NCBI GenBank assembly: GCA_965216875.1
Contig: OZ244207.1
Location: 3,648,001 to 3,712,000 of the forward strand
Length of the DNA: 64,000 nucleotides
Direction: 5' to 3'
From: Rubripirellula sp.
Lineage (GTDB): Bacteria; Planctomycetota; Planctomycetia; Pirellulales; Pirellulaceae
The translations under genes and the position numbers were made by a program. The notes under the pieces were generated by a model. That model was not told the origin of the DNA, did no database searches, and saw nothing but the letters and a program-made list of their open reading frames with translations. This document shows positions 1-10,041 of the stretch, piece after piece; position 1 is the first letter of the stretch, and every line of letters starts with the position of its first letter.

Positions 1-204
1 GAAGCCGTCTACTTGCTCACCGATGGCAAACCAACGCGAGGCCAAGTGATCCGGCCCGCCGAGATCACTCGCGATATCATCCACCGCAACCGCTGGCGTC
101 ACCTCAATTTCAACACCATTGGCATCTCGGTTGGAGGGCAAACGGAGATCTTTCTCCGAAACCTCGCCGAAAACACCGGCGGCGAATTCCGCGCCGCAAA
201 CTAG
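1..204 (+). CDS. C-terminal fragment of a von Willebrand factor A (vWA) domain protein (5' truncated by window edge)
   Basis: Frame is open from base 1: EAVYLLTDGKP...NTIGISVG...FLRNLAENTGGEF. LLTDG and the LA..TGG.F end are typical of vWA domains. Confidence 0.8.
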   Translation, partial: EAVYLLTDGKPTRGQVIRPAEITRDIIHRNRWRHLNFNTIGISVGGQTEIFLRNLAENTGGEFRAAN

Positions 205-210
205 CGCCAA

Positions 211-306
211 GTGAGCCGCGATCGCGTGAGCGGCTGGGCCTTAATCGACTTCACACTCGCTGCGCGTCGGCAAGGGCCCGAGGCCTGACGGCCAGCGGCT
301 CACGGG
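211..306. repeat. REP-like palindromic element (GTGAGCCG...CGGCTCAC family)
   Basis: GTGAGCCGCGATCGCGTGAGCGGC at the left end and GGGCCCGAGGCC...GCGGCTCACGGG at the right end, between convergent genes. An inverted relative occurs at 25513-25654. Confidence 0.75.
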
Positions 307-368
307 CACTGCCCAAACTGCGCAAGAAGTTGCTCTGGTGGCACCAAGATTGCAATCCGCAGCACTAG

Positions 369-818
369 CTAGTGATAGCCTTCCGCTTGGGCAATCGCTT
401 GAGCAACCTCGTCACTCGACGGGTCACGGTCGAAATAGCGTGCAAACGGATACGGCCCTTCCTGCCCTTCGATCCATGTAATGCAAATCTCGGGCGTTTG
501 CCATTTGGATGAATCGTCCGAAGCTCTCCTCTCAGCGCAAACTAATCGACACCCCCCTGGCTGATCCAACAAGTCGGTTTGCACAAACCAAACGAATTCA
601 ACCTTGCCCGCAGGGTGTGAATGTCTTGATCCGGACTGAACGACTTCAATGATTGACGTACTCGGAATCTCGAGGTCGCGGCGCACGGAATCAACGTCGA
701 CGCGTGGCCAATAGAGGATGGCCAGAAGGGCAACGGCCACCCCCGCCGCGAGCAAGGCGGAAATACGAAGCCACGTTAGGCTAGAACTTTGCGATCCGCT
801 GCTATCTCGCCAAATCAT
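369..818 (-). CDS. Hypothetical protein with N-terminal membrane anchor
   Basis: 149-aa ORF from ATG with a hydrophobic segment WLRISALLAAGVAVALLAILYW. No family recognised. Confidence 0.55.
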   Translation of the reverse strand: MIWRDSSGSQSSSLTWLRISALLAAGVAVALLAILYWPRVDVDSVRRDLEIPSTSIIEVVQSGSRHSHPAGKVEFVWFVQTDLLDQPGGCRLVCAERRASDDSSKWQTPEICITWIEGQEGPYPFARYFDRDPSSDEVAQAIAQAEGYH

Positions 819-924
819 TGGGTGACACCCTCGTCACAAAGAGTTGGCCGTCGGACACGTTATGATCAAGTTCAGTTTACGACGCGAGCGGCGTCTCGTT
901 CAAACGACAGCACGGTTTACCCTC

Positions 925-1302
925 TTACGATTCCTCAAGTAGCCATTTGAGGGCCGCGACCTCGTCGCGAAAGATCTGGAATTCGTCGCCTGCATCGGCG
1001 ACCGAAATCCACATTCGCGCCATTCCAAAAACGACCGGACTGCTGACCAGCGTTGCCACACGCGTGCCGGAAATGCGTCGACGCAATTCGGACTGCCGAG
1101 ACACCAAGCGGCGCATTTCGTGAATTTGAAAACTGCCGACTTTCAGTTCCCGATGGTCGGCAAGAACGGGCAAGCCGGTCTCATACTCCGTTGACTCAAA
1201 GACAGATGCGAACCCCGCCTCAAGGGCGTCGACATTTGCAACGCCGCGTGTGCGGAGCCACATGAATTGCCCGCCGGTGTCCTTGTCGACCTCAAATTCC
1301 AT
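925..1302 (-). CDS. Small STAS/SEC14 (SpoIIAA-like) domain protein
   Basis: 125 aa with VLADHRE, RVATLVSSPVVFGMARMW and the C-terminal FQIFRDEVAALKWL pattern typical of this family. Confidence 0.65.
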   Translation of the reverse strand: MEFEVDKDTGGQFMWLRTRGVANVDALEAGFASVFESTEYETGLPVLADHRELKVGSFQIHEMRRLVSRQSELRRRISGTRVATLVSSPVVFGMARMWISVADAGDEFQIFRDEVAALKWLLEES

Positions 1303-1369
1303 CGTCTCAATCCGTTGGTCCTATCAACCGCCCCATCGCAGTCCCAAAGAAATATAGCGACATACGTAC

Positions 1370-1503
1370 CGGGAGGGCGAGACTGCAGCCCTGTCGGCGC
1401 CGTTTGGAGTACCGCCTTCAGGCGGATCGTGAGAAGATTCCGGCTAAAGCTCGGTACTACCAACCCAAACCGCAAATGGCTCCGCAGGAGCGTCGCCCTC
1501 CCG
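1370..1503. repeat. Nested REP-like elements
   Basis: Outer perfect 11-bp inverted repeat CGGGAGGGCGA/TCGCCCTCCCG encloses GGAGTACCGCCTTCAGGCGG...CCGGCTAAAGCTCGGTACTAC (1402-1464), which matches the element at 40059-40122. Confidence 0.7.
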
Positions 1504-1543
1504 CTATCTCGATCGCGGCTCATGTCAGATGAGCGAGACCACA

Positions 1544-2656
1544 CTAGCTGATGCCCCAACCCGCTTTCTTTTCGCTGAGGTAATCGTCGAAGCGGTCCTC
1601 TTCGATGGCGTCTCGGGCGCCCTGCATCACTCGCTGGTAGTAGGTCAGGTTATGAATCGACAACAGAATCGGCCCCAACATCTCGCCAGCAACGAACAGG
1701 TGCCTCAAGTACCCACGACTGTGGCGACAGGCCAAACAGGGGCAATCTTCTTCGAGTGGCCGGGTGTCTTCACGATGGATGGCGTTGCGCAGTTTGAGCG
1801 ATCCGCCATCAGTAAATGCCAAACCGTTTCGGCCATTGCGTGTGGGCATCACACAATCAAACAAGTCGATCCCTCGTTTGACGTTTTCCAATAGATCGAT
1901 TGGTCGACCGACGCCCATCAAGTAGCGAGGCTTGTTGACGGGAAGCTCGGGGCATGTCACACCGGTGATGCGATACATTTCGTCGGGCTCTTCGCCGACA
2001 CTCAATCCACCGACTGCGAAACCGCCGAATTCCATCGAGGCGAGTTCGCGGGCACAGTCAACGCGGAGCTGAGCGTCCAATCCACCCTGGACGATTGCAA
2101 ACAACGTTTGGTCGTCGCGTTTTGCAGCTTCCAAACAACGCTTGGCCCAACGGATCGACCGTTCGGTCGCATCGGCCACCGCATCCTTTTCGGCCGGGAG
2201 TGCGATCACATGATCCAAAACCATCGCCACGTCACTGCCAAGCGCCTCTTGGATCTCGATCGAACGCTCGGGCGTCAGCTTGATCACGGCACCGTCGATG
2301 TGACTCTTGAACGTCGCCGCCTCTTCAGTGACTTCGTTGATCGCATCGAGACTAAAAACTTGAAAGCCGCCACTGTCCGTTAGGATCGGGCCTTCCCAGC
2401 CCGACATCGCGTGGAGCCCACCGAGCTTGCGAACGGTGTCGGGCCCGGGCCGCAGTGCCAAGTGGTAGGTGTTGCCCAGGATCATGTGAGCGCCGGTTGC
2501 GCGCACTTGATCGATCGTCACGCCCTTGACGGTCCCTTGAGTCCCGACGGGCATGAAGCCTGGCGTTTGCACTTCGCCATGTGGCGTCAAAAAAAGACCG
2601 CGACGCGCCTCACAGGTCGCATCGCGGTGCTTGAGTTGGAATTCGAATCGGCTCAT
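1544..2656 (-). CDS. tgt: tRNA-guanine(34) transglycosylase (queuine tRNA-ribosyltransferase)
   Basis: Motifs [52 protein letters not shown] and zinc site CPCLAC...H. Confidence 0.97.
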   Translation of the reverse strand: MSRFEFQLKHRDATCEARRGLFLTPHGEVQTPGFMPVGTQGTVKGVTIDQVRATGAHMILGNTYHLALRPGPDTVRKLGGLHAMSGWEGPILTDSGGFQVFSLDAINEVTEEAATFKSHIDGAVIKLTPERSIEIQEALGSDVAMVLDHVIALPAEKDAVADATERSIRWAKRCLEAAKRDDQTLFAIVQGGLDAQLRVDCARELASMEFGGFAVGGLSVGEEPDEMYRITGVTCPELPVNKPRYLMGVGRPIDLLENVKRGIDLFDCVMPTRNGRNGLAFTDGGSLKLRNAIHREDTRPLEEDCPCLACRHSRGYLRHLFVAGEMLGPILLSIHNLTYYQRVMQGARDAIEEDRFDDYLSEKKAGWGIS

Positions 2657-2666
2657 CGAGAGAGGA

Positions 2667-3998
2667 TCAATCGCCTCGCATCTTCAACCCGAGGTCGGCA
2701 AGCTTTTCGCGAACTTCGTTCAAGCTTGTCACACCAAAGTTCTTGCACTCGAGCATGTCGTCACCCGTCTTGCGGATCAATTCGCCAATGGAATTAAGCT
2801 GCAAACGAGCCATGCACTTGCGAGCACGCACTGAGAGGTTCAGATCCGAGATGGGACGCTCCAGCAATGCCTGCTCGTCTGCCGACATATGGCTGGTGTC
2901 GATCGGTGGATCGCTGCTCTTCTTTTCGTGAGCGAACTGCCCAAGCGACAGCCCCTTGGACTGCAGCATTTCGCGGATTTCGAACAGGCTCGTCTCGCCA
3001 AAGTTCTTGCTGCTGAGCAATTCGGACTCGGTCGTTCGAGTCAGATCGCCGATGGTCTCGATGCCCATCTTGTGCAGACAATTGCGGCTGCGAACGCTCA
3101 GTTCGAAGTTGGTCACAGGCATGTTCAACGTCTGCGCCAAGCGGTCGTTGCGACGCTGAGCTTCTTCGTCGTAGTACATGTTGCCGTTGGCCGACGCGTC
3201 CTTCATGTAAAGAAGCGTCTGTGGATGATCGGGATGGCAATCCAGGATTCGCTTGTAGCACATCTGTGCCTTGTCGAATTGGTTGTTGTCCTCGTAGATC
3301 AAACCAAGGTTGATCAAGGCACCCAAACCGGTTGGGAAAGCTTTGGCAGCTCGTTCATACAGATTCAACGATTCTTCGTCGTTGCCCATGCGGTCGTATT
3401 CGAGAGCCAAACCAAACAAAGCACCCGCGTGGTTCTCGTCGGTCTGGACGGCGCGTTGGTAGAAGTTGATCGCTTCTTCCATGCGGCCACCAACCGCAGC
3501 GATGGTCGCCGCTCGTTGGTACATGTAATCGGCGGTTTGTTCGGCAGGCCCGAAGATGTTGTCGAGAATCGTCAACGCTTGCTCGACACGGCCCGCGTAG
3601 CGATGAGCTTCTGCGATGCCAATCTTGCATTGGTCTTCGTTGTAGCCCGATTTCTGAGCTTGCTCGTAAGCTCCAATCGACTCTTCGTACCGTCCCAACT
3701 CGAACTGGCAACGAGCTTGGTAGAACAAGGCCATCGCGCTGCCGTCGGCCGAACCGAGGGTTTCCAGCGAGTCCTTGAACTTGCCCAGCAAGAACTGGCA
3801 CACGCCCATTTTGGTCTTGCCCGCAGGACTGAGTGACATGTCGGCTTCCATTTCGCCAACCGCGTCACGCAATTCACCGAAGTGACCATAGTTTTCGGTA
3901 ATTGCAGATCGAATTGCCCCCACGTCTGCAGGGCCAAACGAATTATTTGAAAGAACCATTTCCTTCAAGTCGAGCACATCAAGTTCGACTTCGCTCAT
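2667..3998 (-). CDS. TPR-repeat protein with two tandem RNA polymerase alpha-subunit C-terminal (alpha-CTD) domains
   Basis: TPR helices over residues ~55-270, then two alpha-CTD-like repeats: [10 protein letters not shown]...[23 protein letters not shown] and [10 protein letters not shown]...[15 protein letters not shown]. There is no alpha N-terminal dimerisation domain. Confidence 0.88.
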   Translation of the reverse strand: MSEVELDVLDLKEMVLSNNSFGPADVGAIRSAITENYGHFGELRDAVGEMEADMSLSPAGKTKMGVCQFLLGKFKDSLETLGSADGSAMALFYQARCQFELGRYEESIGAYEQAQKSGYNEDQCKIGIAEAHRYAGRVEQALTILDNIFGPAEQTADYMYQRAATIAAVGGRMEEAINFYQRAVQTDENHAGALFGLALEYDRMGNDEESLNLYERAAKAFPTGLGALINLGLIYEDNNQFDKAQMCYKRILDCHPDHPQTLLYMKDASANGNMYYDEEAQRRNDRLAQTLNMPVTNFELSVRSRNCLHKMGIETIGDLTRTTESELLSSKNFGETSLFEIREMLQSKGLSLGQFAHEKKSSDPPIDTSHMSADEQALLERPISDLNLSVRARKCMARLQLNSIGELIRKTGDDMLECKNFGVTSLNEVREKLADLGLKMRGD

Positions 3999-4074
3999 CG
4001 AGATGAGTCTCCCGCCCCAAAGGGCAATCGAGTCAGTTTTTGCGAGGATTCGCAGTGTTTAGGCACACCTAAAA

Positions 4075-4148
4075 AGCCAGCGGCGGGATTTGAACCCGCA
4101 ACCCTCGCATTACGAATGCGATGCTCTGCCAATTGAAGCTACGCTGGC
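4075..4148 (-). tRNA. tRNA-Thr (CGT)
   Basis: Reverse complement GCCAGCGTAGCTTCAATTGGCAGAGCATCGCATTCGTAATGCGAGGGTTGCGGGTTCAAATCCCGCCGCTGGCT folds as a cloverleaf. Anticodon arm is TCGCA-TTCGTAA-TGCGA. CCA is not encoded. Confidence 0.95.
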
Positions 4149-4338
4149 GGCAGTGGGTTGTGGGAGCCGAGCGTCCGTACAATACGCGTGCCAAACTCCT
4201 ACACAATCCTCAAGAAAATACGTTTTCGATGGGAATATCGTCAAGAGGCAAGAGAATGGCCACTGATAGCAATTCAGCGATCGGGCCGGCTCCTGCAGGC
4301 GATTTTGCCGTCTTTTACGGGCTATCGCCTCGTTTTCA

Positions 4339-7224
4339 TCATGATCCAGACCCATTTTCTAGCAACTCGGTGATCGCCTTTTTCATTTCAGCGACCATTT
4401 TTGGGCCTCCGCCGACGTAAAGCCGAGCAATTTTCCCGTCAGGACCGACGATCACCATTTGAGGAATCGCTCGCGCCTCGTACCGATGAGCCGCCACGCC
4501 GTCGAGGTCCAGAGCGACCGGAACTTCCATCTCGTGACGCTCCATCACCGCTTTGACGTGGTCGGCCGGTTCTTCGAGATTGACCGAAACGAGTCGCACC
4601 ATCGCAGGATCGAACTCCGCAATCGCCTCTTCCACCAGAGGCATTGTCTGCATGCAGGGAGCACACCAGGTGGCCCAGAAATCCAAGACCACGATCTTGC
4701 CCTTCTGCTCACTCAATACGAATCGGTCACCGTCGAGCATGTCGAGCTTGATCTCGGGGGCCTCCTGACCAATCAACGTCGATTCCGAACCCACCGGTGG
4801 AGCCTCGCCGCCCGCGGAAGCGGAAGCCATCTTCGGTTCCACCGCAGAATGCAATACCCACTTGTTGTAGGGCAAGGACGAAACGGCTTGACCGATACCT
4901 TCGCCAAACAAAATTTGATCGACATCACGCAAGTCGAAGTTACAAAAGCCGACGACATCGCTGCGACCGGTGATCGCATCACCATCGACCGATTCAGGAT
5001 CAAAGGTTACCCGTTTGCCATCTCGCTTGAGGACCTGGGCCATATGCAAGAAGGGTGATTCCGTTTCGGGCTCTTTGTTTTCTTGAGCAGCCTTCTGCTG
5101 TTTCAACAAATCTTCGGGATGAAACCAAATGATTTGCGAGATACGACTTAGCGGAATGTCATATTCGTCTAGTTGCACTTCAACGCGAATCGAGTCATCA
5201 CGATAATTCAATAGTCGACACCGTAAGAAGTCGCCGTTTCGCGAACACAACAAATGGGTTGGTGGCGACGGTTTTTGCAAACGAGGCAACGTAAGCAGGC
5301 GTTCTTTTTTCGCCTCCTTCAGACTTGGCGGCGAGACGTTCACCACCCACTCGATCGCCTTGACCTTGTGATGCGGTACGACAGTGTTGTCGGCCCAAGA
5401 GGTTGAAAGATGCACGCCCTGTTCATCAATCGCTTGCACGAGGCAGGGAATCACATCACCCGAGCGAACATGCAAACGATGGGCATCGGGTCCGACGGGC
5501 GTCGCAGCGCTCTTGCTGTCGACCTTTTGCAAAAACAGCTTTCCGAAATTGAGTCCACGCTTTTGTTGTTGAACTCGAAGGCGTTGCATTTGAAGCGCGC
5601 GTTCGGCTGCCGCCGCGGACGAGGGGCTCGGCTTCGGAGGTGGGTCACGATAAACGATGCGGCCATCAGCCTCGTGTTTCAGGGTCGAGGCGCCAACGCA
5701 GCCAAAGCCTTGCCAACGAAACGTTGACATCCCTTTGTCGGCATCCTCGATCGCGGTCACTAACCGACCAGAAAGTTTGTGAGGGCCAAGTTCCAAACGC
5801 CCCGCGCGTCCGGTCGCTTCCGCATCCGCTCCGACCGGTTCACGTTGCATCACGATCAAAGTTCGCGCCATCTCGGCTGGCACGGAGATTTCGCCCTCAA
5901 CCTCATCACTTCGCATCACCCAATGTTTTTCGGTGACCCGTTGAACGCGTCCCGAAATACGAGTGCCATCATGCAAGAAAAGGCTCATCGGCAATTCGGA
6001 CGTTTCGTTCGGTTCGTGCGTCACCTTGACGGCGACCACATCGCCGATCGCGATGGGAACCTCTTCGGCTTCGCTGGTGACGATGAGGTTGCCCGCATCG
6101 ACGTCAAGTCTTACCGCATCGCCTGAGGTGATTGCACCATCGACGCGGGCGACGGCAATGTTCCCGCCCGATGTCGCTTTGGGAAGATTCCCCGACCAGC
6201 GAGAAATCCTGAGTCGTTCCAGCCGCACGGTGCCATGACGGTTGATCAGTCGAATGCCTCGGCCCAACTCGCGTTTGCCGACATCCTCTTTGGGCGGTGC
6301 CAGTTCGGCGAGTTTTGTGCCATCGGGTCGATAGATCATGATCTTGCCCGCTGACTGGTCGAGATACACCAGCAAACGAATCCCGGTTTTGTCCGCGAGC
6401 GAATCGACTTTTTCGACGTCAGCGGCTCGTTCATATTCACGCATGACCGCCAGCGTCTGGCCAAACGTTTCCAATCGCCAACCATCGGTGCGTTTGTCTT
6501 CGTCGCTGTCGTGATCGGCTGCGATCGCAACCATGAAATTGGGCTTTCCGACCCAAGAAAGCTCGATTTCGATCATCGCGCGATCGGGGACATCGAGATC
6601 GCCATTGATCGTCGCATCGTCCTTGTCGCTCCAGATCTGAGCACCGTCTTCTTGCCAGCCGACGGGATCCCAATTGGTTGTCGACCAGTCTTGAATACCG
6701 GCCAAACTTGCAAACACGAGCGTTGGGTTCTCTTCAAGGCGATACATCCGGCGAAGTGAGGCGGCTTTGACCTTCACCTTGCCAAACTGCTCCGATTGAA
6801 ACGTCAGCGTGGTATCGTCCCACGCGACCAAGTCACCCGACATCAAATCACCACTGACCAATTCAAAAGCGAACTGGCCTTGCTGTGTCATTCGCTGGCG
6901 GGCGGGTGGGAATTTGATCGACTTGATCGCATCGGTCAAAACTTGCATCGGCTCGACGAATGCATCGCCATGCCAAGTGATTGACTTTTCGGACGTCGAT
7001 ACACCGATTTCGCCTGCAATGGTGTTGCCATTGATCAGCGAAACGACGCCCGTCGTCTTCTCCGGAACGGGCTGAGCTTCGACGTCGCTCGTCTCTTCGC
7101 CCTTGTTCTCGGTCGTCGCCCCAAAATCCTCACCGATTCGGACGGCGCGAATTTGCTGCGCAGCCAAGCTGGCCGTCATCAGCAACAATATCGAAAACGG
7201 CAGCGTGAATCGAACCAGCTTCAT
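4339..7224 (-). CDS. Large exported protein with C-terminal TlpA/redoxin thiol-disulfide oxidoreductase domain
   Basis: Signal peptide MKLVRFTLPFSILLLMTASLAA (start reset to ATG 7224). C-terminal KGKIVVLDFWATWCAPC...IPQMVIVGPDG is a thioredoxin fold with CxxC and the cis-Pro. Confidence 0.85.
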   Translation of the reverse strand: MKLVRFTLPFSILLLMTASLAAQQIRAVRIGEDFGATTENKGEETSDVEAQPVPEKTTGVVSLINGNTIAGEIGVSTSEKSITWHGDAFVEPMQVLTDAIKSIKFPPARQRMTQQGQFAFELVSGDLMSGDLVAWDDTTLTFQSEQFGKVKVKAASLRRMYRLEENPTLVFASLAGIQDWSTTNWDPVGWQEDGAQIWSDKDDATINGDLDVPDRAMIEIELSWVGKPNFMVAIAADHDSDEDKRTDGWRLETFGQTLAVMREYERAADVEKVDSLADKTGIRLLVYLDQSAGKIMIYRPDGTKLAELAPPKEDVGKRELGRGIRLINRHGTVRLERLRISRWSGNLPKATSGGNIAVARVDGAITSGDAVRLDVDAGNLIVTSEAEEVPIAIGDVVAVKVTHEPNETSELPMSLFLHDGTRISGRVQRVTEKHWVMRSDEVEGEISVPAEMARTLIVMQREPVGADAEATGRAGRLELGPHKLSGRLVTAIEDADKGMSTFRWQGFGCVGASTLKHEADGRIVYRDPPPKPSPSSAAAAERALQMQRLRVQQQKRGLNFGKLFLQKVDSKSAATPVGPDAHRLHVRSGDVIPCLVQAIDEQGVHLSTSWADNTVVPHHKVKAIEWVVNVSPPSLKEAKKERLLTLPRLQKPSPPTHLLCSRNGDFLRCRLLNYRDDSIRVEVQLDEYDIPLSRISQIIWFHPEDLLKQQKAAQENKEPETESPFLHMAQVLKRDGKRVTFDPESVDGDAITGRSDVVGFCNFDLRDVDQILFGEGIGQAVSSLPYNKWVLHSAVEPKMASASAGGEAPPVGSESTLIGQEAPEIKLDMLDGDRFVLSEQKGKIVVLDFWATWCAPCMQTMPLVEEAIAEFDPAMVRLVSVNLEEPADHVKAVMERHEMEVPVALDLDGVAAHRYEARAIPQMVIVGPDGKIARLYVGGGPKMVAEMKKAITELLENGSGS

Positions 7225-7229
7225 CGCAA

Positions 7230-8276
7230 TCACCGCTCGTAAATGGGTAGGAAGCGATAGTTTACCGCTAGCGCCAAAAGCGAAAGCGTTGTCGACACAT
7301 AGGTGCCTTGATTCCCCTGCATGCTGCCATCGTCGTTTTGGACGTTCTTGAGCCGTCGCACAAGGAGCTTGTTCCATTTCTCCCAAGCATCAATGTCGCC
7401 TTGAAACAAGGCTTGGGCTTGGTAGTAACTTTGGTATTCGATACCGCCGTGGCCAGCACTGCCGCCGTTGATTTTGTTCTTCAAATACTGAAGCGTCGAA
7501 TCATATTGCTTCAGGTCTTTGCGACGAGAGATCGCGAACACGAGCGTTCCGATCGAGATGCGTGCTAGGGATTCGTCGAATCCGCCGATGCCACCCGAGT
7601 AGGCGACCTGGCCTGAGGGTGCCGTCATTTTCACAAAGTAGGAAATGGCTTTGTCCACCGCTTCATCGGGAACTTCGATGCCAGCATTGCGTGCAGCCAA
7701 CAACCCCATCAACACGGCGCCCGCAACGGACGTGTCAGCGTCATTGCCACTGGGACTGTAGCGCCAGGCCCCCATTGAGTTGTTCTTTTGGCTGGTAACC
7801 GCTGCGCGAACGGCAAGTTCGAGGGATTGGCCGATCGTTAGATTCTCGGCACTCGAACCCGACGGCCAAAGATTGCGATCGTCCACCGTCCCGTAGGCTT
7901 CGGCCAGTCCGAGCATGGCGAAACCGTGGTGGTACATGCTGTTTCCGAAGTAACCGGTGCCCTTGTCTTGGGTGCGGATCATGTTGCGCAAACAGCGGCG
8001 AATGTTACTGGCGTACAAACCAAAGTTGGGATCTTCGCCCGAGGCCAGGAAACACATCAGCGCCATGCCGCCAACACCTGGTCCTTGGTGACTCGATGGC
8101 CAACTGCCATCTTCTTTTTGCGTGCGCACCAAGAACTGCAAGCCGCGGTCGTACATCTCACGCACGTCACGTGGGACCGCATCACCGGTGCGAATCTCGA
8201 CCGCTTGCGCGTGCACGATTGACGGCAGCAACATCGGTAACAGAATCACCAACACCATAAAGATTCGAGAGCTCAT
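7230..8276 (-). CDS. Prenyltransferase/squalene-hopene cyclase repeat (alpha/alpha toroid) protein, exported
   Basis: QW-like repeats (FLVRTQKEDGSW, SQKNNSMGAWRY, VQNDDGSM) and a signal peptide. Start ATG 8276 overlaps the upstream stop (ATGA). Confidence 0.85.
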   Translation of the reverse strand: MSSRIFMVLVILLPMLLPSIVHAQAVEIRTGDAVPRDVREMYDRGLQFLVRTQKEDGSWPSSHQGPGVGGMALMCFLASGEDPNFGLYASNIRRCLRNMIRTQDKGTGYFGNSMYHHGFAMLGLAEAYGTVDDRNLWPSGSSAENLTIGQSLELAVRAAVTSQKNNSMGAWRYSPSGNDADTSVAGAVLMGLLAARNAGIEVPDEAVDKAISYFVKMTAPSGQVAYSGGIGGFDESLARISIGTLVFAISRRKDLKQYDSTLQYLKNKINGGSAGHGGIEYQSYYQAQALFQGDIDAWEKWNKLLVRRLKNVQNDDGSMQGNQGTYVSTTLSLLALAVNYRFLPIYER

Positions 8277-9061
8277 TCTTCCTCCTCGAACTGTGCCTGC
8301 AGGTGCGGCTCCATCGCTTTGCCCTGTTGGATCATCGCAGCGATGACCTTCCATTCGTCATCATTGAAGTAGGGACGCAGTTTTTCCGTCGGCACTTTGC
8401 TCATCTGCAAAAGTACCGCATAGAAATGCATACTCGACTGGCCGTAATACCTTGGCGGCTTGGTCTCATCGACGATCAATTCGATGATCGCGTCGCGTTG
8501 CTTCCGCGTCATCGGGACCTTGCGTTCAATCATCGAGAGCGTCATTCGAATGTTGTCGATGTAGATCGCCTTCTCGCGTTGGCGCTTCATCGCTTCGAAT
8601 TCGTGCTGTTGGTTTTCGTCCAAGATCGAATTAACTGTCTTGGCGAACAACGACTTGGGACCATGCAAACCGGCGTTGTACCGAGTTTGAAGTGGACGTG
8701 TCTTTTGCCAAACCTGCTGCCACTCGTCGCGTGGGATACCGCCAAAGGTCATGCCGCGTTTGACGCGTTCGTAGTCATTGAAGAAGCGGTGGATATCGCC
8801 ACTTCCAGCAAGTTCGAGTTTCTCGCGTTGGGCGTCCGTCAAATGCACCGCCATATCGACGAAATCGATCTGCACCTGCAGCGCTTCATCGGTTCGCTTC
8901 TTTGCAGCCGCGTGCGTGCGTTGATTGCCAAATATGTTTTGAACGAACGATTGCTCCGTAAACTGAATCAAGTCGTTGGCCATCACGACCTGCGCCGACG
9001 CTGGCTTCGCCACAGCGACGAGTGCCAAAAAACTGACTGCGATGATGAATCGAAGCTTCAT
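8273..9061 (-). CDS. Exported hypothetical helical protein
   Basis: 262 aa with signal peptide MKLRFIIAVSFLALVAVAKPASA. ATGA overlaps at both ends imply translational coupling. Confidence 0.8.
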   Translation of the reverse strand: MKLRFIIAVSFLALVAVAKPASAQVVMANDLIQFTEQSFVQNIFGNQRTHAAAKKRTDEALQVQIDFVDMAVHLTDAQREKLELAGSGDIHRFFNDYERVKRGMTFGGIPRDEWQQVWQKTRPLQTRYNAGLHGPKSLFAKTVNSILDENQQHEFEAMKRQREKAIYIDNIRMTLSMIERKVPMTRKQRDAIIELIVDETKPPRYYGQSSMHFYAVLLQMSKVPTEKLRPYFNDDEWKVIAAMIQQGKAMEPHLQAQFEEEE

Positions 9062-10041
9062 TGCTGAGCCTCCAATTCGGTCGTCTCCTCGGTCTCTGAC
9101 GCGGCCGCATCTGGCAGGTCCGCACTGGGTAGGTCCGCGTTGGGAGCTTCGGCGGTCCCATCATCACCAGCCTTTGGCTCGCTCTTTGGCTTCGGTTTTT
9201 CAAACGCCGGCAGTTCGACACCGAACGAAAACGAGTCTTGAACGCCAAGTTCCATCTGCCAACCAAAGTTGACTGACGTGTTGTTGTTGCGTTGTGTCCA
9301 AAGGGACTGCTGTCGATCGGTCAGGTGAGGTTTCAAGATGTAGGTTTCTGGGAGCCGGGCGTATTGGGGATACATGAACAGCCGGACTCCGGTTGACCAG
9401 CCCTTGCTCCATTTTTCGTTCAATTCGACCTTGATATCGTCATGCTGTTTGGGCGTTAGCAACAACGCGTCGTCGATGTGAACCAGCATGGTTCCGAGGG
9501 AAGCGTCTCGTTCGGCGGCGGCTCGCGCGGCCAACTCCTCTCCATAACGCTGAGCCACTTCGGCAGGCATGGTCTCTTTGATCACCGTTTCCAGCGCCGC
9601 GGTTATCTGGGGCTGAGGCTTGGGCCACTGGCTGGCGGCCTGGCGGATCTTTTGCAGGTCTTCGTAATGCTTCGAAAGGTGAGCGACAGCGAGTCGTCCA
9701 GCTCGATGAATCTCGTCAAATTGTTCGTCGTTGGGCTGGCAAACCTTTTTGACAAAATGCAATTCGACGGTAAGCACTTTGGACACAAATGGCGAATACA
9801 TGTTGGCAAAATCGCCATCCACGTTTTTGCGCACAAGCTCGGCCGGCTGAAGCGCCATGACCGGTACCGGCGCAGCCGGTCGAGCAGGCTTTCGCTCGCC
9901 ATTGATGAGATTGCCCAACACTTTCAAGACACCGCCTTCGTCTTGGGCATGAGTGCTCGACAGCATGCCCAGAACGATCGCGCTGACGACAGCAAGTCGT
10001 TTCACGCCGCAAAGGTGTTTCGTCAGTAAGCGATCAAACAT
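9058..10041 (-). CDS. Exported hypothetical helical protein
   Basis: Signal-like segment RLAVVSAIVLGMLSSTHA and acidic tail. ATG 10041 overlaps the upstream TGA (TGATG). Confidence 0.78.
   Translation of the reverse strand: MFDRLLTKHLCGVKRLAVVSAIVLGMLSSTHAQDEGGVLKVLGNLINGERKPARPAAPVPVMALQPAELVRKNVDGDFANMYSPFVSKVLTVELHFVKKVCQPNDEQFDEIHRAGRLAVAHLSKHYEDLQKIRQAASQWPKPQPQITAALETVIKETMPAEVAQRYGEELAARAAAERDASLGTMLVHIDDALLLTPKQHDDIKVELNEKWSKGWSTGVRLFMYPQYARLPETYILKPHLTDRQQSLWTQRNNNTSVNFGWQMELGVQDSFSFGVELPAFEKPKPKSEPKAGDDGTAEAPNADLPSADLPDAAASETEETTELEAQQ

Noticed and set aside
2667..3998. Calling this gene rpoA
   Set aside because: It lacks the alpha N-terminal domain and the ribosomal-protein operon context.
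7230..8276. Squalene-hopene cyclase / hopanoid biosynthesis cluster
   Set aside because: It is a single ~350-aa exported domain without the DxDD motif, and no hpn genes are nearby.
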